This document shows, piece by piece, positions 53,083-64,000 of a stretch of DNA of 64,000 bases. The stretch spans positions 65,040,001-65,104,000 of the forward strand of contig NC_045697.1 of the NCBI RefSeq assembly GCF_009834535.1, in the 5' to 3' direction. Numbering within the stretch: position 1 is the stretch's first letter; each line of letters opens with the position of its first letter. This DNA is from Camelus ferus. Lineage: Eukaryota. Under the pieces are notes generated by a model. The model saw only the letters and a program-made list of their open reading frames with translations, did no database searches and was not told the origin of the DNA. A program made the position numbers and the translations under genes.

Positions 53083-54249
53083 GTAAGTATGTTTCTCATG
53101 CTTGTTTAAGGTTCTCATACATGAAGAATTAAATACAAAGAAATAAAAGTTAGTGCAGAGTTTGGAGAAAGTATGCTGGGCCTATGTTCTGCAGTTTCAT
53201 ATATTTCTAAATTTTCTTGCCTTTATTGAATTTATGTAAATTCTTCTGTCTAACATTTACTTGAGATAGATCCTTGTGATTTAATTAAAGGAATGGTATT
53301 TGTGGCAGAGAATTGGAAAGCGATATTTAGCTTTAGTAGTTAATTAGCCATTGAACTAAAGGTCTGATCATTCTTCCAGTTTCACACTAAAATGAAAACA
53401 GTAAACAAAACAAGTAAAAGGAAGAAATTACTTCCATTTCAAGCAAGTAAAGTTTTTAATAATTTTGTGATTTACAAAATTCTCTTAAGGTTTTTGTGGA
53501 CATTCAAAATGCAAAGTAGTTGAGGCAGTTAATTCTTGAGAATCATCGTTGACAATACATAGTAATGGTAATGCTTCAATTTTTACCATCTAGAAATAGC
53601 AATAAACCAGTGAAATTCACCACCCCCTCTACAAAAAGTCCAAGTTAAATTGTTCCTCCTGCATTAGGCATTGTACTGAAACCTACTTGTTTTGCTTAAG
53701 TTTAATTTTGAATATCAAATCAATGTGATCAATGTATCTATTTCTTTACTCATTAGAAACAGAGAAAAAGCTTACTCTGTATGAAGCTTTAATCTTTAAA
53801 GAATCTATAGGAATATCAGCTTTAAACAACACTTTTCTTTTAAAGTAATATTATTAACATTACTGTAGAATGAATATTAACTGTCACTTCATACTCTTGG
53901 TCTAAAAAGTTTTTGACTTGAATGAAGATTGATAAACATTCTTTGGATACTTATTTTCTTACTTCCTTTCTTCATATTTGATGAAGTATTTGATATATAT
54001 GAAGTATTTGGTACATACAAGTTGCTTTATAAATATCTGTTAAATATAAGTTGCTTTTTACTTAAGTCTGGGTTTTACAGAATCATAGTATCTTAAACTT
54101 GAAATAAACTTTTTTTCTTGTTTAACTCAATAATTTTGTTGAGAATCTGGAGAATTCCTCATCCTTCCATCCCTGCCCCAGCCACCCCACCAAAGAAAGA
54201 AGAAAATACCTATTAAAGGTCTGTCATCAGATATTTTCAAATGAATTCT

Positions 54250-54397
54250 AGTATTTAATTTTCATGACTTTCACATAAATGAGAACGCTGGAAGTCACAA
54301 AAAGTAAATGAATGACTAAAAAATCACATAGCCAGAAAGGACAAAGATTCATACCCCAGCCTATCTGCACCCAAAGCTCTGTTACTTTTCACCACTT
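54250..54397 (-). mobile_element. MIR remnant
   Basis: ataaatgagaacgctggaag ... aatcacatagccagaaag ... gattcataccccagcctatctg...ccaaagctctg. Confidence 0.6.
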
Positions 54398-54891
54398 TAT
54401 TTTATTTCTCAAAGTTTAAAGATTTTTCCCAGCATGGTACAGCACTTTGCAGCACCTGTTGGCTTACACATCTTCCTACTCCAACATTTCCATCTTCAAT
54501 CATAATTTACTATTAAATGTAAAGTATTTTGTAAAACATAAACATTTGATTGCTTGATTTTATTTAACTTATATGTTTGCCTTGTTATAAATAAAGGATT
54601 AGAGGAGACTTAGATTTAGTTTGCTTTTGTACTTCTTTATTATTGTTATGTGTCAAATTAAAAGAAATCAAACCAGACTATAAAGTCATGACTTACTATT
54701 TAGACAGTTAGTAAAATTCCTTATTACATTACCCTTTCAGCATTTTTTGTTTTTCACTTCTGCAACACCTAATACACAAAAAGCTTTTATGAGTCATCCC
54801 TTCAACTGTGATTGTATGTGTGTGTATGTATCTTCCTTCACATTTTATCTCATAATCAGATTACTGTGAACATATATTCTTAAAAGTATTT

Positions 54892-55383
54892 TGTACAACT
54901 CAATAGCAAGAAAACAAATAACTTGATTTAAAGTTGGGCAAAGGACCTGAAAGAAATTTCCAAAGAAGACATACAGATGGCCAGTAGGCATATGAAAAGG
55001 TGTTACAACATAACTAATCATCAGAGAAATGCAAATCAAAACCACAATGAGATATCACCTCACACCTGTTGAGATGGCTATTATAAAAAAGTCCAAAGAT
55101 ATCAAATGTTGGCAAGGATGTTGAAAAAAATGGAATGCTTGTGCCCTATTGTTGGGGATATAATTTGGCGGCCATTATGGAAAGGGGTTCTTTAAAAAAA
55201 TTTAAAGTGAAACTACCCTATGATCCATCAATTTCACTTCTAGGTATATACCCAAAGGAAATGGTATTAGGATCTCAAAGAAATACCTGTACTCCCTTGT
55301 TTATTATAGCATTATTCACAATAGTCAAGATAAGGAAAAAGCCTGTGTCCATCAACAGATGAATGGATAAAGAAAATGTGAGA

Positions 55384-55435
<52 letters not shown>

Positions 55436-55853
55436 TATGTATGTCTATATAATTCAGCCTTAAAAAAGAGGGAAATCTTATCATTTGTAATACTGTGGAT
55501 TAACCTGGAGAACATTATGCTGAGTGAAATAAGCCAGACATAGAAAGACATATACTGCATGATTTTACTTATATTTATGCAGTCTAAAATAGTTGAACTC
55601 ATAAGCAGAGAATAGAACAGTGATTGCCAGGGAATGGAGAGTAGGAGAAATTGGGAGATGTTGGTCAAAGGGTGAGTGTTTTCAACACACACACACAAAA
55701 CTTGTAACTGTAAGGTAATGAATTTGTTACCTAGCTTCATAGTGGTAGTCATTTCACAGTGTATACATATATTAAAATATCATTGTACACATTAAATATA
55801 CATCATTTTTATTTGCCAATTATACATCAATAAAGCGGGCAAACTTTTTTCAA
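54892..55853 (+). mobile_element. 5'-truncated L1 (L1MA-type), ORF2 end and 3' UTR, with internal (TG)n(TA)n at about 55384-55448
   Basis: atcagagaaatgcaaatcaaaaccacaatgagatatcacctcacacctgtt; ORF 55135..55362 contains LPYDPSISLLGIYPKE...TCTPLFIIALFTI. AATAAA near 55829; TSD-like aaaagtattt (54882-54891) / aaaagtgttt (55854-55863). Confidence 0.93.
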
Positions 55854-57364
55854 AAAAGTGTTTCAGTTGAAATCTGACATAATTTTTGCATAACGTATTA
55901 TGAGAAGCTTGATGTAGAATGTACATTGACCACTGATTTATTTAATATTGTAAAAAAAAATGATGTTGTAATCAGTATTTCTTATTGGTTAAATCAGTTC
56001 TACTGAGAAAATTATTTAAAATTCTGTGCTTTTAAAACTGTACAAAAACCAGAGAAATATATTTGAATATTGGGTTATACACTGAAACTATTTCCAAGAA
56101 GTTGACAGGTTCTCTATAAAGACTTAAAAAATTCAGCTTTCTGGATAAAATAATGCTTTGAATGCTTAAAGAATGATTAAGTTTGCCATGAGACTGGAAC
56201 ATAGAGTTGAGGCTGTATAACTGCAATTTTCCAACCCTCTTTCTATTTATTAGAAAGCTTCATAGTAGCGCCGTAACATTTTCCTCCACCTGGTCTCTTT
56301 TAAACTACCAAACTTCTGGCTAAAATTTAGAATGCTTTGGTCTATTGGGTACCAACACAAGCAAATACAAATTGAAAAATTTTTCCTTCCTCTGTCTTGA
56401 CATTTCCTAAGTATTTTTATTTTTGGTTATGCTTTAAAAGGCCAATATTCCCTCAGAAATAGACTGTATATCATTTTAGATTGACTTTGTATGTGAAAGG
56501 GAGATAGCTCTAAAATTAGGAGGACAATGATTAATAATGTTAAAGAAGCACTGTCTGGTACATACAGAACCTAATGCAGTTAGACACACTTTTTTAAAAA
56601 TGATGGCTGTATGTTTATACAGCAAGTTTAAATTTTTCTTTTAATATTTGTAAATACTGAGTAGATAGAAATTTTATTTTTTGAAAAACGGTCTTGAAGC
56701 TTGAAATGCTTTTTTCTATTTTAGAAACTTAAATGAGATCTACTGGAAGAAAATATTTGTATTGAAATATGTTATACAAAGGAAATACACTTTTTAAGTT
56801 ATAAGATGAATTTTCTACTTTTTTCTGATTGTGGCTTTTATTTTATGATCTTTACAAATAAATCATCATGAAACATTTTGACACCATTATGTTCTGTTTT
56901 CATAGTAGTTCAAGTAATTAATAACTAAGTGAGGCCTCATTTACTTACAGATTGATTAAATGGTTGAATAGCTTAAAAATAGAAATATTTTACACTAAAG
57001 CATCACCTGAGATTTGTTTATGAGTCATGCCATTAATTATGTTGCTTGTTTCATGATATGAGAATTAAGGGTCTTTTTTTTTGTTTGTTTCTTTTATTTT
57101 CAGATATTTGTAACATGAAAAAAAGGTCCCCAAAAAAGGATCAGCAACAAATTTTCCCACTGTAGAAAAGTTTACATGAAACTACCGATTAGTATTTGAC
57201 AATGATTTCTAACCTTTCTGAGGTTACTCTTTTTCTAGCAAACTTCAAAGCTGACTTTGTAGGGTTTTTGTTTGCTATTTGAAAGTTTAGTTCATTCAAA
57301 AATTTAATTCTGTCTTAATTTCATAGTATTATAAGAGTTTTAATTATGAAATTTTAAGTGTATA

Positions 57365-57580
57365 TATACTTTATTTTTTAGAGCAGTTTTAGATTCACAG
57401 GAAAATTAAGCAGAAGGGACAGAGATTTCTAGGGAACAGACCTGTTCCCCCATATGAATAGCCTCCCACATTATCAACATTTGTTGATACGTTTGTTAAA
57501 ATTGGTGAACTTACAATGACACATAATCACCCAAAGTCTACAGTTTACATTAGGGTTCCATCCTATAGGTTTGGAAAATT
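57365..57580 (-). mobile_element. L1MB-type 3' end
   Basis: tttagagcagttttagattcacaggaaaattaagcagaagggacagagattt ... aatcacccaaagtctacagtttacattagggtt. Confidence 0.85.
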
Positions 57581-57699
57581 ATCAGGTTTTTAAGGATACT
57601 ACCTTAACCATTTTTCTGCTTCTGGTCATGATTATACATAAACCTCTGAAGATGCATTGTTTCATCCTCGTTCTTCATTGAAACTTAGCCAAACATATG

Positions 57700-59515
57700 T
57701 GTGTTTTGTTTTTTATTACAGCCATCATTGAGGATGTGAAGTGGCATTTCATGTTGTTTTAATTTACATTTCCTTAATGACTAGTGATGTTGAGAATCTT
57801 TTCATGTGTTTGTTTATCACTTGTACATCTCATTTGGAGAAATGTCTACTCAAGTCCTTTGCCCATTTTTAAATTATTTGTCTCTTTGTTGTTGAGTTGC
57901 AAGGGTTCTTTATATATTCTGCATAGAAGACCCTTATCAGATATATGATTTGGAAATATTTTTCTTTCATTCTGTGAGTTGTCTTTCACTTTCTTGATAG
58001 TGTCTTTTGATACACAAAATATTTTAATTTTGATATAATCCAACTTAACCTATTTTCATTTTGTTCCTTGTGCTTTTGGTATCATATCTGAGAAACTATT
58101 ACCAAATCCAAGGTCATGAAGATTTCCCCTGTGTTTTCTTCTAAACATTTTATGGTCTTAATGCTTATATATAGATCTTCTTTTGGTTATAAGTTAATTT
58201 TTAAATGGTGTGAAGTAGGTGTCCAACTTCATTCTTTTCATTGTGGATATCCAATTGTGCTAGCACCATTTGTTAAAGTCTTGCCCTTATCGAATGGTCT
58301 TGGAACCTTGTTGAAAATCACTTGACCATAGACTCTTGGGTTTATTTTTGGACTCTCAATTGTATTCTGTTGATCCCTGTGCTTATCCTTATGCCAGTAT
58401 CACATTGTCTCGAATGCTGGTAGTTTGTAATAAGTTTTGAAATCTGGAATTGTGGGTATTCCTATTCTTTTTTTCAAGATTCTTTTGTGGGGGAGTGCAT
58501 AGCTCAGTGATAGAGCACATGTTTAGCATGCACAGAGTCCTGGGTTCAATCCCCAGTACCTCCATTAAAATAAATAGGCAAACAAACGGACAAAAAAGAT
58601 TCTTTTGCTTTGGGGTCTCTTGCATTCCATATAAATTTTATGGTCAGCTTTTACATTTTTGCAAAAGAGCAGTTGGGGTTTTGATAGGGATTGTGTTGTG
58701 TCTCTAGATTGCCTTTGGTAGTATTGCCACATTAACTATATTAATTCTTTCAATCCATGAACGTGGGATGTATTTCCATTTATTAGATCCTATTTAATTT
58801 CCTTCTGCAGTATTTTATAATTTTCACTGTGTAAGTTTTGTACCGCTTTGGTGAAATTTATTCCTTAGTGGCTTTTTTTCCCGTGCTCTTATGAATGCAG
58901 TTTTTTTCTTAATTTACTTTTTGGATTGTTCATTACAGGTGTGTAGAATGAAAACTGATTTTTGTTTTGATCTTGCACCCTGAAGCTTCCTGACTCTGTT
59001 TATCAGCTCTAATAATTTTGGTGGGATTTTTTATAATTTTTTTGTAGAGTGTCATGTCATTTCTGAATACAGGTAGTTTTAATTTTTCCTTTCCAATTTG
59101 ATGCCCTTTATTTCTCCTTCTAGCCTAATTACTCTACCTAGTACTTCTAGTACATTGTTAATTACAGAGTCAAAACTGGACAACTTTGTCTTATTCCTCT
59201 TCTAAATAAAAAGCGTTCAGTTTTCACCATTAAGTGAGTTTTTCATAACTGTGCTTTATCATGCTGTGGAACTTCCCTTCCAGTCTTGGATTTCTATGTG
59301 TTTTTATGTTGAAACGTTATATTTTTGTTAAATGCTTTTTTAGCAACAGCTTAAAAGAAATTCTATTTTTCTTCATTTAATTAATGTAGTATATTAATTA
59401 CATTGACTGATTTTTGTATATTGAACAAGCCTTGCATTGCTGGGGAAATGGTCATGGTAAATAGCCCTTTTAATGTGCTGCTGGATTTGCTTTACTAGTA
59501 TTTTGGGAGGATGCA
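57700..59515 (-). mobile_element. Old L1 ORF2 internal segment (degenerate), interrupted by a SINE
   Basis: Antisense ORF2 motifs throughout; ORF 57846..58043 ([19 protein letters not shown]...[24 protein letters not shown]) is recognisable ORF2p. Confidence 0.92.
58488..58595 (+). mobile_element. Camelid-type tRNA-derived SINE
   Basis: A box TAGCTCAGTGATAGAG, B box GGGTTCAATCCC, A-rich tail; perfect 12-bp TSD aagattcttttg (58476-58487 and 58596-58607). Confidence 0.93.
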
Positions 59516-59699
59516 TAAGTTCTTTTTTATTGGGAGTTTTGTTGTTGTTTTACTGATAACCTAAATCTTCTTTGTTTTCAATTTTTCTGGTTTTTGTTTC
59601 CCAGGAATTTCAAAAGATTGTTATAAGTAATCTTTCTTTTCCATTAAGTCCATTTTAAATACCTTTGGATTATTTTTCATAAGGGAAATAAATACTTTT

Positions 59700-59880
59700 C
59701 CAGTATCCCCTACTAGTTCTATTTCCCCATGTCTTTTAAATTGAGAAGGCTAAAACACAGTATAATACTCATTCTAGCTATTTGGTTGCAAGAGTAGTGG
59801 GAGGAATATTGTCAATCTTTCTGATATATTATAATCCATTGGATTTTTTAATCTGTATCAGTGCATGAGCTTTGACAGTT
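59700..59880 (-). mobile_element. Possible L3/CR1 remnant
   Basis: Weak resemblance (ttttaaattgagaaggctaaaacacagtataatactc ... agagtagtgggagg). Confidence 0.3.
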
Positions 59881-60289
59881 GTTTTAATTGTAAATCAATA
59901 TGCTTTTTCTAGGAGTCACTGAATTAATCAGAATTTAAAACATACAAAATCTAATCCTTGGAGGTTACTGTCAATTTGAAGCTACTTGCATTGATTATAA
60001 AACACTTACACATGGGATTCAAGTACCTAAACGATTTCTCTTTAAAAGACATCATATTTGCTTCTCTTTTCATAGACTATATTAAACCTGTGAATAATTG
60101 CTTTTGTTTAGATTGAAACTTCAATTTCACTGTCAGTGGGGAATAGTTGAAAATTTTTCTGATGTCTAAACTTGAAATTAGAGTTTAACTTTTCCTGTTA
60201 TGTCATTCATTCATTCAACATCTTTTTGAATATTACTCAATGTTGATATCCATTCTCCTGTAATTTCCTATATAATTATGCGTGAGAGA

Positions 60290-60790
60290 TACAGTTTGAG
60301 TCCTTGCATATATGAACAATATATGAAAATTATCCCAGACTATTTTTAAAGAAAGGATCCTTTGTTTTAGATTTTGTTTTGAAAGAGAGGATCTGAACTG
60401 ACTGCCATTAATTCTATTTAGGATGGTGGAGGAGTGCAGTTGATGGGAATATTTTCAGTTGATCATCTTGTTTTCAGCCTTTTTACTGCCTTCCATCTTT
60501 GATTCAAGTCTGCCTCCCAACCCTCTGAAGAGTATTTTAGGGAAGATTCGTGCCTCCTTAACTTCAGTCCTCTCCATAAATATTTTTGTCTGCAACTACT
60601 TGCCCTGTGCTTTATGAGTCAACCCTTCCACCTGCCTTCTAGAAATTTGTTGAAATGTGTAGTTTGCTGATGACCTACCACTTGTTCTCTTCATTTTTCA
60701 TGGCTTATAGCTTTTAAAAATACCTTTGCTATCGTAGTTTAGGTCTCTCAGAGGGGAGACAAATAATTATATCTTCTTCAATCAAAAGTT
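60290..60790 (-). mobile_element. Ancient L1ME/HAL1-type 5' region
   Basis: ccttccacctgccttctagaaatttgttgaaat...tgctgatg and terminal atcttcttcaatcaaaagt (decayed gccatctt...ggaagt). Confidence 0.5.
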
Positions 60791-61180
60791 TTCTTAATAC
60801 AATTCACTGACACATGGCTTTTGAGTATATGAATAGATTTTACTGAAGCTTTGGAAGATGGAAGGTCCTTCTAGCAATTTATTGTTATCTCGACATATAT
60901 TTTTCCCAAAAGTTATTTGAGTATTTTTTCTATTATGTGATCATCTATTTTTATCAGTCTACATTCTTATTATCCATTCCTCTTTCCTCTATCCCATAGC
61001 CTAAGTTTTCTTTATATTTTTATACAGATTATTTTATCTATCTTTTTTCCTTGTCTCTTTCTGAATAAATCCTGAATATCAGGATTTCACCTTCTTTTTA
61101 AGTAGTTTAAATAAGTGTTTTCTTAAATACTTTCTTTCCAAAGAGGAAATCTAGAGACAGCTGTATTATTTAAGCTGTTT

Positions 61181-61253
61181 TTTTTTAACCCTATTTGATT
61201 ATAAATTGCTTTGATTTGATTTTTTTAACCCGATTTGATTATAAAGTGCTTTG
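61181..61253. repeat. Tandem duplication, 40-bp period
   Basis: ttttttaaccctatttgattataaattgctttg (61181-61213) and ttttttaacccgatttgattataaagtgctttg (61221-61253). Confidence 0.92.
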
Positions 61254-61424
61254 TGTATACTATTATGCCAATTCTACTAAATAGGACTCAATAATATTGA
61301 TTTTAGCTAGTTGTATCCAACACTGAATACCCTCTCATCTCTAAAACATAAACTACTATCTGCAAAGGAAAGACCACACATAAGTTGGACATAGGAAATC
61401 CTACAACTTTCTATACCTTAAGAC

Positions 61425-61612
61425 CTAAGGTTCTCAAAAGTTAGCTTTCATCAGAGTCACATAAAAGACCTGCAGAATCACCTAAAGGACAGGTTTCTGG
61501 GTCATGTCCCATAACTTTTGATACAACAGGTCTTTATGGAGCCCAGTAATTTGCATTTCTGTAAAGCTTCCAGTACTGCTGATCTGGGAACTATAACAGG
61601 AAAACCATTGCC
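61425..61612. mobile_element. MER5A hAT-Charlie MITE
   Basis: ggttctcaaaag ... cagaatcacct ... gagcccagtaatttgcatttctgtaaagcttccag...tgctgatctgggaact. Confidence 0.75.
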
Positions 61613-62382
61613 TAGTGAATCACTGTTTCACTGAAAAATAGAATAGCTCAAATGCCCTGAAATTGAGAGATAGATTTAGAGACATCTAAATATGTCAATA
61701 GTTTCTGAAAGTATTACCTCATATAATTGTGATATTTTAATTTTTTCAATAGGTGTTCAATTGCAGAAAAAGATGTTTGAGAATGATGTAGCAGAAAATT
61801 AGGTGTTTTCTGTGATTAATAGTTTCACACTCTAGTAACATGAGTCAAAGTGCACACAGGCATTAAACTTCAGCTAGTAGTTGCAAATACTGTGGGAACT
61901 ATACAAACAAAACACAAAAATTAAAACGAATCTCATCCTCTTGTCGGCATTTGTGGTTTCTACATGTAAGCCTGATATTTATAAGTTTCTGTGTACTAAT
62001 ATGAAATAAATATTTTTTAAAGATATAGTAAAAATTTATTAAAGATGTAATTTTTAACAGAGTAGGAATTGCTTTTCCTTCCCTAGAAATCATACAGTGT
62101 ATAACAATGGCTGATACAAAATCAGAATTGCTAGTTTCTCATTTTGTAGAGAAGTAACATGAATATTGCCTACGGAATAGTAAAGTTACATTATGAAAGG
62201 ATTTTTATTATCAAAAAGTGAACTTACAAAGTCTCAGATTTACAGTTTTTTCAACTACTGAATGTACCTCATGATTTAACTGTAAGATAACTTAGCATGG
62301 ACAAATGTCTACTTTCTGAGAAGAGATTTGAAGTAATGAAAAACTGCTTAATGAACATATATATAGCCTGATATCTTATAGG

Positions 62383-62434
62383 GTGTGTGTGTGTGTGTAT
62401 GTGTGTGTGTGTGTGTATGTGTGTGTGTGTGTGT
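62383..62434. repeat. Interrupted (TG)n microsatellite
   Basis: Seen directly. Confidence 0.95.
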
Positions 62435-62699
62435 AATGTAGTCAATAAGCAAAATTTCCAAAATCTTACTAGCATTAAAAAGGATGAATTAGAAAGGCTG
62501 TCTTCCACATCATATTTATCAGTAAGCTCTTGCAGTTTTATCTGATGAGCTATGTTTTTGGTTGATTACCTCTAGTGTGATAATAAAATGAAGCTCATGC
62601 TCTTTGTTCAGTTTAATTACCTTTTGTAAAAAAATCATTTAACATTATATTATCGCTATTTTACCATGCCATCAAACATGCTTCTAAAACGTGTTTTTA

Positions 62700-63030
62700 A
62701 ATGTCCCAACAGCATTACACCATATAAGTGTGTCATAAATTAAGCATGTCTCTCTGTTTAGGGGAATTTCCTTAAAATTGTTTCCTAAGAGTGAAATTGC
62801 TGAGTTAATGTATAAATATATATGCATGACTCAATACATTTTTTGCAAAAAAAATGTAGTGACTAATACATCTACTTTCAGTGATAATGTATATTTTACA
62901 ATACCCTTTTAGATAAATACTGCCTATCATTTTATTTGTATTTTTGCCAATTTGATAGGTACAATCATGCCAGTATGGTTTTAATTTGCATTTTTGTAAA
63001 TTTGTAATAGATGGTTTTTAATATGCTTTT
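62700..63030 (-). mobile_element. Degraded L1ME-type fragment
   Basis: ttcctaagagtgaaattgctgagt ... tttttgccaatttgatagg ... tggttttaatttgcattt. Confidence 0.7.
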
Positions 63031-63902
63031 AAGTTGATTACTTTTTTTCTGTTTAAAATATAGCTATATGTTAGTGAGTATAATCTGTTATGTAAAAGCA
63101 GGAAAAGGATAACTAAGATTTTGGAAAGACTACATCTATACTATTTTCCTGTTTAAAACCTGGAAGTCTAACATAAATATATGTGTGATGGCTATAACTA
63201 ATTTTAGTACATGAAAATTAACAGATATTTCTTTTTCTTTTTCTTTCTTTCCTTTTTTCCCTCTACATTTTGTGTGCATAAGAAAGTTTTATTTAAACTT
63301 CTTTATCAAATTCAGGATTAGTGCATAGCTTTATGGTTAAGAAAAATTGCAGCTCATATGTGGCCTAAAAGGAGAAATATGAATGATATATTGCCTAGAA
63401 TCACACAGTTAGTTTTTTAGGTAATAGAACACATTATAGACTGTATGATCATGTTTCTTTCCTTGACAGTTACCCAAATCAAAATCATTTCATTTGCAAA
63501 TTGAAGTATGATGAATTAATCAAACCTCTGAAGAACACAAAAGGAGATATCATATGTTAATGAAATGTGCAACATTTACTTTTTTATTCTGTCACTTATT
63601 CTAGGCCTATATGAATCAACTATAAAGATAAAGTGAATGACTTTCTTTTCTAATCTGGGAGTGATAAGAGATTTTATATATAAATAGAAATATTTTTCCA
63701 GGAAGAAACACATTCATTTCAAACAACTCAGTTACTCAATGTTGTGTGTGTGTGTTTGTGTTTGTGAGTGTGTGTGTTTGAATTTGATGTACTTTTTCTC
63801 TGATAACATATCAGTCTTATGAGTCTGTGACAGTGTGAGAGCACAAATGGAAAGCAATCTGGAGACACTGCTGTTATACAAACAGATTTAAAAAAATAGT
63901 GC

Positions 63903-63941
63903 TGTGTGTGTGCATGTGCACGCGCGCGTGTGCGTGCACAT
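63903..63941. repeat. Alternating purine-pyrimidine tract with a (CG)4 core
   Basis: tgtgtgtgtgcatgtgcacgcgcgcgtgtgcgtgcacat, with uninterrupted alternation. Confidence 0.9.
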
Positions 63942-64000
63942 TTGGGAGTTTTGAAAGAGGGAGGGGATTTGTGCAGTAACTTTTAAATATTTTGAATAGA

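Noticed and set aside
58488..58565. tRNA-like sequence with A and B boxes
   Set aside because: It is the head of a SINE (A-rich tail, TSD, several related copies in the window), not a tRNA gene.
1..64000. CRISPR array, operon-like cluster or other prokaryote-style system
   Set aside because: Mammalian repeat-rich DNA with no regularly spaced repeat-spacer array and no long ORFs.

Overview
AT-rich, CpG-depleted mammalian genomic DNA, most likely camelid (camel, alpaca or llama). That assignment rests on four copies of a short tRNA-derived SINE and the L1 3' ends, recognised from memory rather than by a database search. I find no protein-coding gene, RNA gene or CRISPR-type feature that I can support, so the window reads as a large intron or intergenic region. 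The only ORF-track entries with recognisable protein homology are L1 ORF2 remnants. Ancient repeats (L2, MIR, hAT MITEs, L1ME, ERVL LTRs) are overlaid by younger L1, ERV1 solo LTR and SINE insertions, densest at about 16.4-26.5 kb and 52-59.5 kb. The most noteworthy structures are retroelement architectures: an L1 keeping both termini but lacking nearly all of ORF1/ORF2, a 5'-inverted L1 nested in an LTR, and a composite double SINE under one target-site duplication (TSD). A few isolated candidate exons are also listed. I see no convincing evidence of a novel biological system. Repeat family names and boundaries of old elements are approximate.
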